Source: Halalkalibacterium halodurans (GTDB lineage: Bacteria; Bacillota; Bacilli; Bacillales; Bacillaceae_D). Taken from it: a stretch of DNA of 32,000 nucleotides. The notes below the pieces were generated by a model. It had not been told where the DNA came from. It worked only from the letters and a program-made list of their open reading frames with translations, and made no database searches. Location of the stretch: NCBI RefSeq assembly GCF_004376175.1, contig NZ_SNUY01000012.1, positions 30,001-62,000 of the forward strand, in the 5' to 3' direction. Each line of letters opens with the position of its first letter. The stretch's first letter is position 1. This document shows, piece by piece, positions 1-10,489 of the stretch. Both the position numbers and the translations under genes were made by a program.

Positions 1-3000
1 ATAGCTTCCGTGATCATGAGATGATCTCCTTGCTTCACTTTGTCACCCTTTTCAACAAGAGCCTTCACAACCGTTCCTGGCATGGACGCTCCGATATGAT
101 TAGGATTTGATTTATCGGCCTTTGGACGAGAAATAATGCTCGTCTTCACGCTTTGGTCTTTAATCAACACTTCCCGTGGTTGACCGTTCAATTCAAAGTA
201 AACGATCCGGTTTCCATCATCCTGTGGCTTGGAAAGGGAAATAAATTTTACAATTAATGTTTTCCCTTGTTCGATTTCCACTTCAATTTCCTCACCTGGA
301 CGTAAACCATAGAAGAAGGTAGGTGTATCAAGAACCGAGACATCTCCGAATGTTTGACGGAACCGTTCAAATTCCATAAAGACTTTTGGATAAAGAGCAT
401 ATGATAGAATGTCATGGCTCGTCACTTGACGATCCAACTTGTTATATAGCTCTTCTTTAATCGCCTCAAATTGGATTGGCTCCATATTTTCACCAGGGCG
501 ATTCGTAATTGGTTTCCGTCCTTTCAGGATGATTTCCTGCAATTTCTTTGGAAACCCTTGGTACGGTTGACCTAGCTGTCCTTCAAAAAACTCAACAACT
601 GAATCAGGGAAGTCAAGCTTATGACCATTCTCATAAACCTCTTCCTCGGTCAGGTCGTTTTGCACCATGTACAAGGCCATATCACCGACTACTTTAGATG
701 ATGGCGTTACTTTGACGACATCTCCAAACATGTCGTTCACCGTCCGGTACATTTTCTTCACTTCGTTCCAACGATGACCGAGACCTACTGCTTTCGCTTG
801 CTGCTGTAGGTTACTATACTGTCCACCTGGCATTTCATGCTCGTATACCTCAGTGTGTGGTGCGTTCATACCACTTTCGAATCCAGCATAAAACTTCCGC
901 GTCTCTTCCCAGAATTCAGCTAATTGCTCTAGTGCGGTAATGTTCACATTCGGTTGACGTTCAGAGTCCGCTAGTGCATAGTATAAGCTATTCGCGCTCG
1001 GCTGTGATGTGAGACCTGCCATTGAACTTACAGCCACGTCAACGATATCGACGCCCGCTTCAATGGCCCGAGCATACGTAAAGATACCATTACCGCTCGT
1101 ATCATGTGTATGAAGGTGAACGGGGATCGTCACCGTATCCTTTAATTCTGCCACTAGTTGGTAAGCAGCTTCTGGCTTTAAGAGTCCTGCCATATCTTTA
1201 ATTCCAAGAATGTGTGCACCTGCTGCTTCTAGTTCTTTCGCTAATTTTTTATAGTACGCCAAATCGTACTTCGGTCTGCTCGAATCTAAAATGTCACCCG
1301 TATAACAAATCGTAGCTTCAGCAATTTTATTTGCTTCCCCAACCGCTTCAATGGCTAACTTCATACCTTCAACCCAGTTTAAACTATCGAAGATACGGAA
1401 CACATCAATCCCAGCATTCGCTGACTTATCGACAAATTCACGGATCAAATTGTCTGGATAATTTTTGTATCCGACTGCGTTGGAGGCGCGAAGCAACATT
1501 TGAAACAAAACATTAGGTGCTTTTTTCCTCAAGATTAACAGACGCTCCCACGGATCTTCATGAAGGAAACGCATGGCCACATCAAACGTCGCGCCTCCCC
1601 ACATTTCCATGGAAAACAAGTTTGGCAGTAGCCTTGCTGTCGGTTCTGCAATTTGTTTTAAATCATAAGTCCGAACGCGCGTTGCTAAGAGCGACTGATG
1701 GGCGTCGCGGAACGTCGTATCCGTCAACAGAACATGCTTTTGTTCCTTGACCCACTTCGCCAATCCTTCTGGCCCGTGCTGATCAAGTATTTGCTTCGTT
1801 CCGTCTGGTATCGGTTCAGATAGCTTTAACTTTGGAACCGGAGGCTTGTCAAACACCGGTTTTTTCGTTTTTTCAAGCCCAGGATACCCGTTGACAATCG
1901 TCTCACCAATAAATGAAAGCATCTTCGTCCCCCGGTCTTTCCGTTTAGGGAACACAAACAGTTCAGGAGTTTGGTCAATAAAGGACGTATTGTATTCACC
2001 GGATAAAAACTGGCGATGCTGAACGACATTTTCAAGAAACGCAATGTTTGTTTTAATTCCACGAATTCGGAACTCGCGAAGGTTTCGCAGCATTTTTGCA
2101 GCAGCCCCTTCAAACGTCAGCGCCCATGTTGACACTTTTACGAGCAACGAATCATAGTACGGTGTAATAACAGCTCCTTGGAATCCGTTCCCTGCGTCAA
2201 GACGTACACCGAATCCACCACCGGAACGATAGGCGTTAATACGGCCAGTGTCAGGCAAAAACCCGTTGCTTGGATCTTCTGTCGTCACGCGAGATTGAAT
2301 CGCGTATCCATGGCAAACGATCTCTTCCTGCTTCGGAATCCCAAGCCTGTCCCCATGCAAATGCTCTCCGTCAGCAATAAAGAGCTGGGATTGCACGATA
2401 TCGATTCCTGTAACCATTTCCGTAATCGTATGCTCTACCTGAATCCGTGGGTTCACTTCGATGAAGTAAAAATTTCCTTCTCGGTCAACAAGAAACTCAA
2501 CCGTACCAGCATTTACATAATTAACGTTTTCTGCTAGCTGAACGGCCGCTTGACAGATGCGCTCACGGACATCTTCAGATAATGATACACTTGGGGCAAC
2601 TTCCACAACTTTTTGATGGCGCCGTTGGACAGAGCAATCGCGCTCATACAAGTGCAAGGTGTTGCCGTGTTTATCGGCAAGAATTTGTACTTCAATATGT
2701 TTTGGGTTTTCGATAAATTTCTCCACATATACTTCGTCGTTCCCAAAAGCAGCTTTCGCTTCTGACTTTGCCCGCTCATATGATTCCTGAACATCATTTT
2801 CAGAACGAACGATTCGCATGCCACGTCCCCCACCACCAAGAGCAGCTTTAATGATGAACGGATAGCCATGCTTGTCCGCAAAAGCTTTCACATCCTCTAG
2901 GCTAGAAACGGGACCATCACTTCCAGGAATGACTGGCAAATTGGCCTTAATCGCTTGCTCACGGGCTTGAACTTTATCCCCAAACATGACCAAGTGTTCA

Positions 3001-3338
3001 AGCTCAGGTCCGATGAAGATAATGCCTTCCTCATGGCAACGTTTCGCGAATTCGATATTTTCAGATAAAAATCCATAACCAGGGTGAATGGCATCCACAT
3101 CATGACGTTTGGCAATTTCGATAATGCCTTCGATATCGAGATAAGCCTCGATTGGTTTTTTCCCTTCCCCTACTAAGTAAGCTTCATCTGCCTTATAGCG
3201 ATGGTAAGCGCCTGTGTCCTCTTTTGAGTAAATAGCTACTGTACGAATATGTAACTCCGTACACGCGCGAAAAATACGGATGGCAATTTCGCCTCGGTTT
3301 GCAACTAACACTTTCTTTATGTTCTTTAATCCGTCCAT
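1..3338 (-). CDS. pycA: Pyruvate carboxylase; roughly the last 35 codons lie beyond the left window edge
   Basis: Absent from the ORF track because its stop codon is outside the window. The minus strand from ATG 3338-3336 (SD GGAGGAGG just upstream) reads MDGLKNIKKVLVANRGEIAIRIFRACTELHIRTVAIYSKED, a biotin carboxylase N-terminus. Around 1100 it reads VTIPVHLHTHDTSGNG (carboxyltransferase). Positions ~100-1 read HIGASMPGTVVKALVEKGDKVKQGDHLMITEA(MK), the biotinyl-lysine motif. The codon at 5-3 is in frame with 3338. All listed ORFs in 1331-3115 are in other frames. Confidence 0.95.
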   Translation of the reverse strand, partial: MDGLKNIKKVLVANRGEIAIRIFRACTELHIRTVAIYSKEDTGAYHRYKADEAYLVGEGKKPIEAYLDIEGIIEIAKRHDVDAIHPGYGFLSENIEFAKRCHEEGIIFIGPELEHLVMFGDKVQAREQAIKANLPVIPGSDGPVSSLEDVKAFADKHGYPFIIKAALGGGGRGMRIVRSENDVQESYERAKSEAKAAFGNDEVYVEKFIENPKHIEVQILADKHGNTLHLYERDCSVQRRHQKVVEVAPSVSLSEDVRERICQAAVQLAENVNYVNAGTVEFLVDREGNFYFIEVNPRIQVEHTITEMVTGIDIVQSQLFIADGEHLHGDRLGIPKQEEIVCHGYAIQSRVTTEDPSNGFLPDTGRINAYRSGGGFGVRLDAGNGFQGAVITPYYDSLLVKVSTWALTFEGAAAKMLRNLREFRIRGIKTNIAFLENVVQHRQFLSGEYNTSFIDQTPELFVFPKRKDRGTKMLSFIGETIVNGYPGLEKTKKPVFDKPPVPKLKLSEPIPDGTKQILDQHGPEGLAKWVKEQKHVLLTDTTFRDAHQSLLATRVRTYDLKQIAEPTARLLPNLFSMEMWGGATFDVAMRFLHEDPWERLLILRKKAPNVLFQMLLRASNAVGYKNYPDNLIREFVDKSANAGIDVFRIFDSLNWVEGMKLAIEAVGEANKIAEATICYTGDILDSSRPKYDLAYYKKLAKELEAAGAHILGIKDMAGLLKPEAAYQLVAELKDTVTIPVHLHTHDTSGNGIFTYARAIEAGVDIVDVAVSSMAGLTSQPSANSLYYALADSERQPNVNITALEQLAEFWEETRKFYAGFESGMNAPHTEVYEHEMPGGQYSNLQQQAKAVGLGHRWNEVKKMYRTVNDMFGDVVKVTPSSKVVGDMALYMVQNDLTEEEVYENGHKLDFPDSVVEFFEGQLGQPYQGFPKKLQEIILKGRKPITNRPGENMEPIQFEAIKEELYNKLDRQVTSHDILSYALYPKVFMEFERFRQTFGDVSVLDTPTFFYGLRPGEEIEVEIEQGKTLIVKFISLSKPQDDGNRIVYFELNGQPREVLIKDQSVKTSIISRPKADKSNPNHIGASMPGTVVKALVEKGDKVKQGDHLMITEA

Positions 3339-3442
3339 GCTTACCTCCTCCACTACTCTCCATACGTTTTTGTCTATTTTAAGTGGAAACTCACACAAAT
3401 TCAAACATTGACTGTTTGAAATGTAGCAAGTCTATCTTTCTT

Positions 3443-3470
3443 ATTATAAAAAAAAACGAAAGAATAGCAA
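3443..3470 (-). promoter_or_regulatory. Candidate sigmaA promoter of pycA
   Basis: Minus strand reads TTGCTA (3470-3465), a 16-nt T-rich spacer, then TATAAT (3448-3443), about 105 nt upstream of the pycA ATG. Confidence 0.4.
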
Positions 3471-3663
3471 AACTTTTTTTGATTGTTCAAACAAATCTAA
3501 ATTTTTATAAATTAAAAACGGAAAAAGTCTTGCGGTTTTCTTCTATTTATTAAGGTGACTTGTTTAGTGTTAGAAACCTCGGCGATTACCGAGCCTTTAA
3601 AGGGGAGCAGACCGCAGTTGCGCTTATACCTTAACACTTAAATTTGATACTTTTTTAACGTGT

Positions 3664-3697
3664 AAAACAAAAACCAAGCTAACAAATTAGCTCGGCT
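3664..3697 (-). terminator. Intrinsic terminator after ylaN
   Basis: Minus-strand RNA CCGAGCUAA-uuug-UUAGCUUGG forms a 9-bp stem with one G-U pair. UUUUUGUUUU follows directly, a few nt past the ylaN stop. Confidence 0.7.
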
Positions 3698-3701
3698 TTT
3701 G

Positions 3702-3983
3702 TTATTTACGAACCGTTGCCTCATGTAAATCTGCCAACTTCCGCTCCAACTCGGAAAGGAGCTGTTTTCCCTGTTCCTCATCAATTAGCTCAAGGCGGAT
3801 GGCAAAATCGATTTCTCTGGAAAGGCCGAACATCTGTGTATCAAGAACCTCTTCGTAAAGAGGGCATTGAGGCATGGTTAAGTTTTCTAACTGTACTTCT
3901 ATAAGTTTGCGAATTTTTTCCGCATCGGACTTAAGAAGGGCGTAAGCTTTTTCATTATGTCCTGTAACGGTCTCAGCAGACAT
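3702..3983 (-). CDS. ylaN: UPF0358 protein YlaN (93 aa)
   Basis: Translation is [60 protein letters not shown]... The start was moved from the track's 4001 to ATG 3983, which follows SD AGGAGGGG. It lies next to glsA and near pycA, as in B. subtilis, and matches the length of YlaN. Confidence 0.85.
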   Translation of the reverse strand: MSAETVTGHNEKAYALLKSDAEKIRKLIEVQLENLTMPQCPLYEEVLDTQMFGLSREIDFAIRLELIDEEQGKQLLSELERKLADLHEATVRK

Positions 3984-4086
3984 GTAGTCCCCTCCTAACA
4001 AAAGATCTCCTTACGTTTATACTATCTTTTTAATGTCCAAATTGCAATGATTTTCATTTGCTATCTTCCTATAAGGCAGTCTCTAT

Positions 4087-5013
4087 TCAAAAAATACTCC
4101 ATTCTTCACGGCAAGAGAGCGTTTCTAGTAATTTAATTCCAGCTAGACTATTTCCTTTTTCGTCTAGTGCAGGACTGTAAACGGCAATTCCATACTTATT
4201 CGGGACCAATGCAAGTATTGCACCAGATACTCCGCTTTTTGCTGGAATGCCCACACGGATGGCGAATTCGCCTGAGGCATTGTACATTCCACATGTGACC
4301 ATGAACGTTTTAATGATTCGGGCAACATGAAGAGGAACAATCCGCTGCCCAGTATCAGGGTCTCTCCCTTCATTGGCAAATACATAGCCTATGCGCGCCA
4401 AATCGGAGCAACACATTTCAATCGCACACTGCTTCGTGTATAAATCCAGAAGCTGTTCCACATCCGCTTGAATCACACCATGCTGTTTCAAAAAATAGCT
4501 TAATGAACGGTTTAAAAAAGCCGTATCAAATTCAGATTGAGCCACTTCAAGGTTGTACGTAATCGTTGGATTTTTGGTTAGTTCGTGAATAAACGAGAGC
4601 AGCCTGCCTAGCGATTGCTCCGTCGTTTCACCGATGATCATATTTGTAACGGCTAACGCACCCGCGTTGATCATCGGGTTTAACGGTTTTGAGGGGACGC
4701 TCGTTTCCAGCTTTGAAATCGAATTAAAAGGGTCCCCTGTTGGTTCCATCCCTACTTTGGAAAATACCGCTTCTTCTCCTACATCCAATAAAGCTAACGC
4801 TAAGGCAATGACCTTCGATATGCTTTGCAAAGTAAATTTCTCGTCCGCATCTCCAGCTATTACTTGCTCGTCTCCACCGCGATAAATCGCAATGCCTAAT
4901 GTTGAGACATCAGCTTTTGCTAGCGCTGGAATATAAGAAGCAACGGTACCCTCTTCCGTATATTTTTTGCATTCTAATACAATTTGCTCCAGCGTCTCAT
5001 CCTGCTTCCACAT
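4087..5013 (-). CDS. glsA: Glutaminase A (308 aa)
   Basis: Full-length glutaminase-like translation (..[16 protein letters not shown].., ..PMINAGAL.., ..[15 protein letters not shown]..) with a serine-beta-lactamase-like fold. SD AAAGGAG lies 8 nt before the ATG. This is the ylaM position in the yla cluster. Confidence 0.93.
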   Translation of the reverse strand: MWKQDETLEQIVLECKKYTEEGTVASYIPALAKADVSTLGIAIYRGGDEQVIAGDADEKFTLQSISKVIALALALLDVGEEAVFSKVGMEPTGDPFNSISKLETSVPSKPLNPMINAGALAVTNMIIGETTEQSLGRLLSFIHELTKNPTITYNLEVAQSEFDTAFLNRSLSYFLKQHGVIQADVEQLLDLYTKQCAIEMCCSDLARIGYVFANEGRDPDTGQRIVPLHVARIIKTFMVTCGMYNASGEFAIRVGIPAKSGVSGAILALVPNKYGIAVYSPALDEKGNSLAGIKLLETLSCREEWSIF

Positions 5014-5158
5014 GGGCTACACTCCTTTTCGTCGTCCTTTTTCTAGGATGACCGAAACGAGCGCAATCCACTAACAAACGTTCATTTTTCAAAGGACGTC
5101 ACATGACAAAAAGAAAGAAAGCGCTTATACTAAAAGGCGACAGAAAGGAGACCGATTC

Positions 5159-5668
5159 ATGGAAGAGTTTGTATTTTTTATTGAAGGAAACGTGAACCAT
5201 CCACTAACCATTGACCCAACCGTTTGGATTTTTGACGAACGAAAAGTCGATTTAACCACTTATTTTCAAGAGCTCGCGACGAAAGAAGACGAAATGACAG
5301 CTTACAAAAAAGCGATTTCTAAGCAGTGGGATAAGGAAATTACGGAAGGATCTGAGCCTCCTCGTCCTGATACGAATGGGAATGTCATTAGATACGAAAA
5401 ACAAAAGCTAATCCACGGCTCGTTCGGTATGCCGTTCATGCCGTTTTTAAAAAATTCGGAGCCTGATTCAGATGCAAAAACGGTTACTGTTGTCTGTGCG
5501 GACGGAAATGAACATTCTTTTCCAATTGACGAAGCTGCACAGTTTATTTTAGGCTTTGCTAAGAATGGGAGTCCGCTACGCGAGGATGGCCCTGTCCATG
5601 TATATTTCGGCGATGGCTCTAATGAATCCACTCCGATCACAAATGTCATTCGATTTAGCGTAAGTTAA
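5159..5668 (+). CDS. Conserved hypothetical protein, YlaL-like by position (169 aa)
   Basis: Clean ORF with SD GAAAGGAG 8 nt upstream of the ATG. It lies between glsA and ylaK, where B. subtilis has ylaL. I recognise no motif. Confidence 0.7.
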   Translation: MEEFVFFIEGNVNHPLTIDPTVWIFDERKVDLTTYFQELATKEDEMTAYKKAISKQWDKEITEGSEPPRPDTNGNVIRYEKQKLIHGSFGMPFMPFLKNSEPDSDAKTVTVVCADGNEHSFPIDEAAQFILGFAKNGSPLREDGPVHVYFGDGSNESTPITNVIRFSVS

Positions 5669-5710
5669 AGATATTTTGATCTTATAGAATCGAAAAACGA
5701 AAAGCGAATG

Positions 5711-5738
5711 CCCCTGACCATTTGTGAGATGTCAGGGG
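5711..5738. terminator. Hairpin between the convergent ylaL-like and ylaK genes
   Basis: CCCCTGAC-12 nt-GTCAGGGG. T-rich flanks are on the minus-strand side (CATTCGCTTTTCGTTTTT) and are weaker on the plus side. Confidence 0.55.
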
Positions 5739-5747
5739 TATTCTTCG

Positions 5748-7076
5748 CTAGAGAAGATCGGCTGCAAGCTGTGCTAGCCCTGAACGTTCCCCTTTCACGA
5801 GCTTGACATGGGCGCTGATGGCCTGAGATTTAAATGATTCGACGACATACGTTAGTCCATTGTTCGATTCGTCCAGATAAGGATGGTCAATTTGCGCTGG
5901 ATCACCCATTAGCACTATTTTACTTCCTTCCCCCACACGGGTTAAAATTGTTTTGACTTCGTGTTTTGTTAAATTTTGCGCTTCATCAATAATTATGAAT
6001 TGATCTGGTATGCTTCGACCGCGAATGTACGTGAGCGCCTCCACTTGGATCGAACCCATTCCTGCTAAAATTTGATCGATTTCTCCCGGCTTTTTCGTAT
6101 TGAATAAATATTCAAGATTGTCATAGATCGGCTGCATCCATGGCCGAAGTTTCTCTTCCTTTTCACCAGGTAAAAACCCGATATCTTTTCCTAATGGGAC
6201 GACGGGCCGAGCGACAACGAGCTTGTTATAATAGCCGAAATCTTCCGTTTGGAGAAGTCCTGCGGCAAGGGAGAGGAGCGTTTTGCCTGTTCCCGCCTTC
6301 CCAATCATTGTCACTAATTTAATGTCTTCATGCAGGAGCATTTCTAACGCCATACGTTGCTGAACATTTCGCGGGCGAATCCCCCACACCTCTTGTAATT
6401 CTGAGACGAAGGGCTTAATTTTTTCTCCGTTTGGCGATACTTTTCCAATCGCTGAACTGGAACCTCCAAGCGCATCTTTCATAATAATAAATTGGTGAGG
6501 ATAAAACGGGTGATTTGACACATCACGAGTAGCAACTTCCCCTTGATCATAATAATGCTTAATGACGTTGGAATCGACGTATAATTCTGCGTAACCGGTA
6601 TACCCTCGATCGTACTGGATCACTCGATCATTTAGAAAATCTTCAGCCTTAAGCCTAAGAGCATCTGCTTTCACGCGAACAAGAGCATCCTTGCTTACGA
6701 GGATCACTTGATTGCCATTCGGTTTGTCCGTTTCTTCGAGGGACAAATTGAGAGCAACTGCGATGATTCGATTATCATTTGTCATCTCAGCAAAGGAATC
6801 CTTCACTTTTTCGTATGATTTATGGTTTAGCTCAATGCGAAGCTTACCTCCATTTTCGAGCGGAACTCCTTCATGGAGCTTACCTAACCCCCTCAACTGA
6901 TCAATTAACTTTGAGAAATGGCGTGCATTCCTGCCAATTTCGTCCATATAGCGTTTTTTTGAATCAACCTCCTCAAGGACCACTGCAGGTATGACCACTT
7001 CATTGTCTTGAAAAGCAAAGATGGCATGAGGATCTTGTAACAACACATTCGTATCAAGGACATAAGTTTTTTTCAA
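5748..7076 (-). CDS. ylaK: PIN-domain / PhoH-like ATPase (YlaK, PhoH2 type; 442 aa)
   Basis: N-terminus (M)KKTYVLDTNVLLQDPHAIFAFQDNEVVIPAVVLEEVD is a PIN domain. Walker A is GKAGTGKT and Walker B is FIIIDEAQN (PhoH P-loop). The start was moved to TTG 7076, 7 nt after SD AGGAGG. This gives the same length as B. subtilis YlaK. The track's 7103 start adds 9 residues. Confidence 0.9.
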   Translation of the reverse strand: MKKTYVLDTNVLLQDPHAIFAFQDNEVVIPAVVLEEVDSKKRYMDEIGRNARHFSKLIDQLRGLGKLHEGVPLENGGKLRIELNHKSYEKVKDSFAEMTNDNRIIAVALNLSLEETDKPNGNQVILVSKDALVRVKADALRLKAEDFLNDRVIQYDRGYTGYAELYVDSNVIKHYYDQGEVATRDVSNHPFYPHQFIIMKDALGGSSSAIGKVSPNGEKIKPFVSELQEVWGIRPRNVQQRMALEMLLHEDIKLVTMIGKAGTGKTLLSLAAGLLQTEDFGYYNKLVVARPVVPLGKDIGFLPGEKEEKLRPWMQPIYDNLEYLFNTKKPGEIDQILAGMGSIQVEALTYIRGRSIPDQFIIIDEAQNLTKHEVKTILTRVGEGSKIVLMGDPAQIDHPYLDESNNGLTYVVESFKSQAISAHVKLVKGERSGLAQLAADLL

Positions 7077-7235
7077 CGTTCCGCCTCCTGACTGGAGTAT
7101 CATTTATGACAACTCTATACTAGTAACATATGCATAGGTCTAAGATGTGGTTAGCTGTTAGTACTAGTTGTATGTGCAAAAACAGCAAGTTAGACGAAAG
7201 ATCTGAAACCAATAGAAAAAGCCCAGTTTTCTTCA

Positions 7236-7691
7236 CTAGGCTTGTTGTAAAGCAGCCATCACTTGACCATCTAACTTGGCTGCTGCTTCTTCATCATACG
7301 TTTTGTCATACATTGGTTCACTTACGATTTTTGCACCATAAAACATCACATCACGCACTTCATGAATGTTCATTTCAATGAGTGCTAATTTTAGCGGAAC
7401 ATTGTCCAAGCTTTCCTCCACAATTGTCGCATGACCAGAAATGGAATAGGCTGAGCCATTCCCTACTAATAACAAGGTAACAGCAGGTGTCTTTTTCACA
7501 TTAGCTACAATTCTCGAACGGTTATCCACCGCCATGCGTACCCGATCATTTGCTGGCGCAAATACCCAGGAGATGGCACGAACAATGGGGGCTCCCGTTT
7601 CCCAGTCAACAGTCGAAAGCGTGACAAAGCGTTCTCCTTTCAATAGTGGTAACAGTTCATCGGTTAAACATCGTTCCACTCGGTTCGCCAT
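7236..7691 (-). CDS. Pyridoxamine 5'-phosphate oxidase-like FMN-binding split-barrel protein (151 aa)
   Basis: The translation pattern ..RFVTLSTVDWETGAPIVRAISWVF..VRMAVDNRSRIVANVKKTPAVTLLLVG..SISGHATIV is typical of the PNPOx-like family. Start ATG 7691 follows SD AGGAGG with a 7-nt spacer. The track start 7727 is probably too long. Confidence 0.75.
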   Translation of the reverse strand: MANRVERCLTDELLPLLKGERFVTLSTVDWETGAPIVRAISWVFAPANDRVRMAVDNRSRIVANVKKTPAVTLLLVGNGSAYSISGHATIVEESLDNVPLKLALIEMNIHEVRDVMFYGAKIVSEPMYDKTYDEEAAAKLDGQVMAALQQA

Positions 7692-7834
7692 GACCCAACC
7701 TCCTATCGTTTCAGAAACGCTTTTCATTTATACTATACCCATTTTTTTAAGAAGATGAAATAGATTTTGCTGATGCATTTATTTTTTTTGCAAATGCTCG
7801 TACAATAGAAAGAGGAGAATTTGAGGTGATAACC

Positions 7835-8011
7835 GTGCGTGTCAAATGTGTACTATGTGAACGAATTGATTTACTGGACGACGACCTGCCGTTAGCGAAA
7901 AAGCTCCGAAATCGTCCGATTCACACGTATATGTGTGACGAATGTAAAGAGCGTATTACGAAAAAAACGAACAAAAACCGAAAACAAACAACCTATGACT
8001 GCGAATCATGA
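7835..8011 (+). CDS. ylaI: YlaI family small Cys-rich protein (58 aa)
   Basis: (M)RVKCVLCERIDLLDDDLPLAKKLRNRPIHTYMCDECKERITKKT carries two CxxC pairs. The likely start is GTG 7835 after GAGGTGA. It lies between ylaH and ylaK, as in B. subtilis. Confidence 0.8.
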   Translation: MRVKCVLCERIDLLDDDLPLAKKLRNRPIHTYMCDECKERITKKTNKNRKQTTYDCES

Positions 8012-8014
8012 GTA

Positions 8015-8040
8015 AAAGCCTTGGCTATAGCCAAGGCTTT
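8015..8040. terminator. Bidirectional hairpin between convergent ylaI and ylaH
   Basis: Perfect palindrome AAAGCCTTGGCT-AT-AGCCAAGGCTTT. The A/T tracts sit within the arms. Confidence 0.6.
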
Positions 8041-8096
8041 CATAGTTAGAAGTACATTTTTGCCTGGAGGCTACCGACTAGCACCCTCTGCTGTTC

Positions 8097-8438
8097 TTAC
8101 GACGGTCCGTTCGATTGCTCCTTCTTCCGATGCTTGTGCAGCCGAAAACGATATGCACCAAGGACGAGACTTGAGATGATCAGGACGAGCGTCATAGGTG
8201 CGGAAAAGAAAAATTCCAAAAACCATAAGACGAAACAGCCAATGATAAGGAGGGTATAAACGATCACCGTTTTTAGGGGGGATAGCTTTCGTGCAAACCC
8301 TAAGTTAAACACGAGGATCGCTAGCACGATGATCAACAAATACCCTAAGAACCCAAACCACGGATTCTCCACTGTCGCCCGCATCATCCACGACATTGTT
8401 TCCAAGTCTGCTTCCGTAATTCCTCTGTTTTCTGCCAT
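8097..8438 (-). CDS. ylaH: YlaH-like small integral membrane protein (113 aa)
   Basis: Three hydrophobic spans and a basic C-terminal tail. It starts 21 nt downstream of typA on the same strand, as ylaG-ylaH do in B. subtilis. Confidence 0.7.
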   Translation of the reverse strand: MAENRGITEADLETMSWMMRATVENPWFGFLGYLLIIVLAILVFNLGFARKLSPLKTVIVYTLLIIGCFVLWFLEFFFSAPMTLVLIISSLVLGAYRFRLHKHRKKEQSNGPS

Positions 8439-8459
8439 TAAGCGTCAACCTTTCTTCCC

Positions 8460-10304
8460 CTACGATTGATTTTGAGCTGCCAACTTCCGTCTCTTTTCAG
8501 CTCGCTCCCGCTCCGTTTTTACTAAAATCTTCTTGCGAAGGCGGATCGCTTCAGGAGTGATTTCACAATACTCATCGTCATTCAAATATTCCAAAGCTTC
8601 CTCAAGCGTCATAATACGTGGCTTTTTCATCGTCACTGTATGTTCTTTTGTAGCCGAACGAACGTTAGTTTGCTGTTTCATTTTCGTAATATTAACGGTA
8701 AGGTCGTTCTCACGCGTATGTTCACCAACAATCATTCCTTCATAAATGTCAGTCCCAGGCTCAACAAAAATCGTCCCCCGGTCCTCCACTTGGATGATGC
8801 CGTACTGGGTCGCTTTTCCTGTCTCCATTGACACGAGAACCCCTTGTCTTCGTCCACCTACTTGACCTGGGGTCACAGGCTGATAACTGTCAAATGAGTG
8901 GTTAATAATTCCATACCCACGCGTTTGCGATAAAAATTCAGTCGTATACCCGATTAACCCACGTGCGGGAACCATGAATTCAAGCCGAACTGGACCAGAG
9001 CCCGTGTTTGTCATGTTCAGCATTTCCCCTTTTCGCTCCCCAAGAGATTCCATGACCGCTCCAGTGTATTCCTCAGGCACATCAATCTGCACCCGTTCAA
9101 CTGGCTCACATTGGACACCATCGATTTCACGGATAATGACTTCCGGCTTTGATACTTGAAGCTCGTAGCCTTCACGGCGCATATTTTCGATAAGTATCGA
9201 AAGGTGAAGCTCACCGCGTCCTGAAACAACCCACATATCTGGAGAATCTGTGTTTTCTACTCGGAGACTTACATCCGTTTCCAGCTCAGCTCGGAGACGT
9301 TCTTCAAGCTTACGGCTCGTCACATGTTTTCCTTCCCTCCCAGCAAACGGACTGTTGTTCACAAGGAATGTCATTTGCAACGTCGGCTCATCAATACGTA
9401 AAATTGGGAGCGGGTCTTGATGATCGACAGGGCAGACAGTTTCACCTACGTTGATCTCTTCCATCCCCGAAACAGCGATAAGGTCCCCTGCCTTCGCTTC
9501 TTCAATTTCAATACGTTTTAAGCCGATAAATCCAAACATTTTTGTTACCCGGAATTGTTTCACTGAGCCGTCCAGCTTCATTAAAGCGACCTGCTCGCCA
9601 ACTTTGATCGCACCACGGAATACGCGCCCAATTCCAATACGACCTAAGTAATCGTTGTAATCTAGCATCGTCACTTGGAATTGCAATGGTTCCCCACTGT
9701 TACCTACTGGTGCTGGAATGTTGTCAATGATCGCCTTAAATAAACTCGTCATATCCTCATCCTGCTTCTCGGCAGTTGTGCTTGCAGTCCCATTAATAGC
9801 TGAGGCATAAATGACTGGGAAATCAAGCTGATCTTCATCCGCACCAAGGTCGATAAATAAATCAAGTACTTCGTCAACAACCTCTGCAGGTCGCGCGAAA
9901 TCTCGATCAATTTTATTGACGACGACTAAAGGGGTAAGCTTTTGCTCCAATGCTTTCTTTAAGACAAAGCGCGTTTGTGGCATACAGCCTTCATAAGCAT
10001 CAACAACTAAAAGAACGCCATCCACCATTTTCATGATTCGTTCTACTTCACCGCCAAAATCCGCATGTCCAGGAGTATCCAATATATTAATACGCACATC
10101 ATTGTAATTAATCGCCGTATTTTTCGCTAGTATCGTAATACCACGTTCCTTTTCAAGTGCGTTCGAGTCCATCGCTCGTTCATCCACTTGTTCGTTTTCT
10201 CGGAACGTTCCTGATTGTTTTAGCAATTGGTCAACCAATGTCGTTTTTCCATGGTCAACGTGGGCGATGATCGCAATGTTGCGTAAATCGTTACGTACGG
10301 TCAT
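8460..10304 (-). CDS. typA: Translational GTPase TypA/BipA (614 aa)
   Basis: [28 protein letters not shown] (G1), [14 protein letters not shown] (G3), NKIDR (G4). Start ATG 10304 follows SD GAGGAGAG. The track start 10343 adds 13 residues. Confidence 0.95.
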   Translation of the reverse strand: MTVRNDLRNIAIIAHVDHGKTTLVDQLLKQSGTFRENEQVDERAMDSNALEKERGITILAKNTAINYNDVRINILDTPGHADFGGEVERIMKMVDGVLLVVDAYEGCMPQTRFVLKKALEQKLTPLVVVNKIDRDFARPAEVVDEVLDLFIDLGADEDQLDFPVIYASAINGTASTTAEKQDEDMTSLFKAIIDNIPAPVGNSGEPLQFQVTMLDYNDYLGRIGIGRVFRGAIKVGEQVALMKLDGSVKQFRVTKMFGFIGLKRIEIEEAKAGDLIAVSGMEEINVGETVCPVDHQDPLPILRIDEPTLQMTFLVNNSPFAGREGKHVTSRKLEERLRAELETDVSLRVENTDSPDMWVVSGRGELHLSILIENMRREGYELQVSKPEVIIREIDGVQCEPVERVQIDVPEEYTGAVMESLGERKGEMLNMTNTGSGPVRLEFMVPARGLIGYTTEFLSQTRGYGIINHSFDSYQPVTPGQVGGRRQGVLVSMETGKATQYGIIQVEDRGTIFVEPGTDIYEGMIVGEHTRENDLTVNITKMKQQTNVRSATKEHTVTMKKPRIMTLEEALEYLNDDEYCEITPEAIRLRKKILVKTERERAEKRRKLAAQNQS

Positions 10305-10489
10305 GTTCTTCTCTCCTCGTAAAATGGTCATTAACTGTCTCATTATAACATAGTGTTATCCTTTTCGCTTTTTATTCAAAAATCAACAGCAATCTTTAAC
10401 GTTTTTGTCACATTGACAGGCTTTATTCTCCTGAGAAAAAAAGGTACACTATGGGTAGTGATTGTCGGTATTTTTTGGGGGGATGCTTC

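Noticed and set aside
1331-3115. Six listed ORFs (61-119 aa) on both strands inside the first 3.3 kb
   Set aside because: All lie in frames other than the uninterrupted pycA reading frame, which spans 1-3338 on the minus strand. They have no SD and no recognisable motifs. They are shadow ORFs of a long gene that the track omitted because its stop codon is off-window.
4164-4885. ORFs 4164-4385 (-) and 4634-4885 (+) within glsA
   Set aside because: They are nested in or antisense to a full-length glutaminase gene, with low-complexity translations and no SD.
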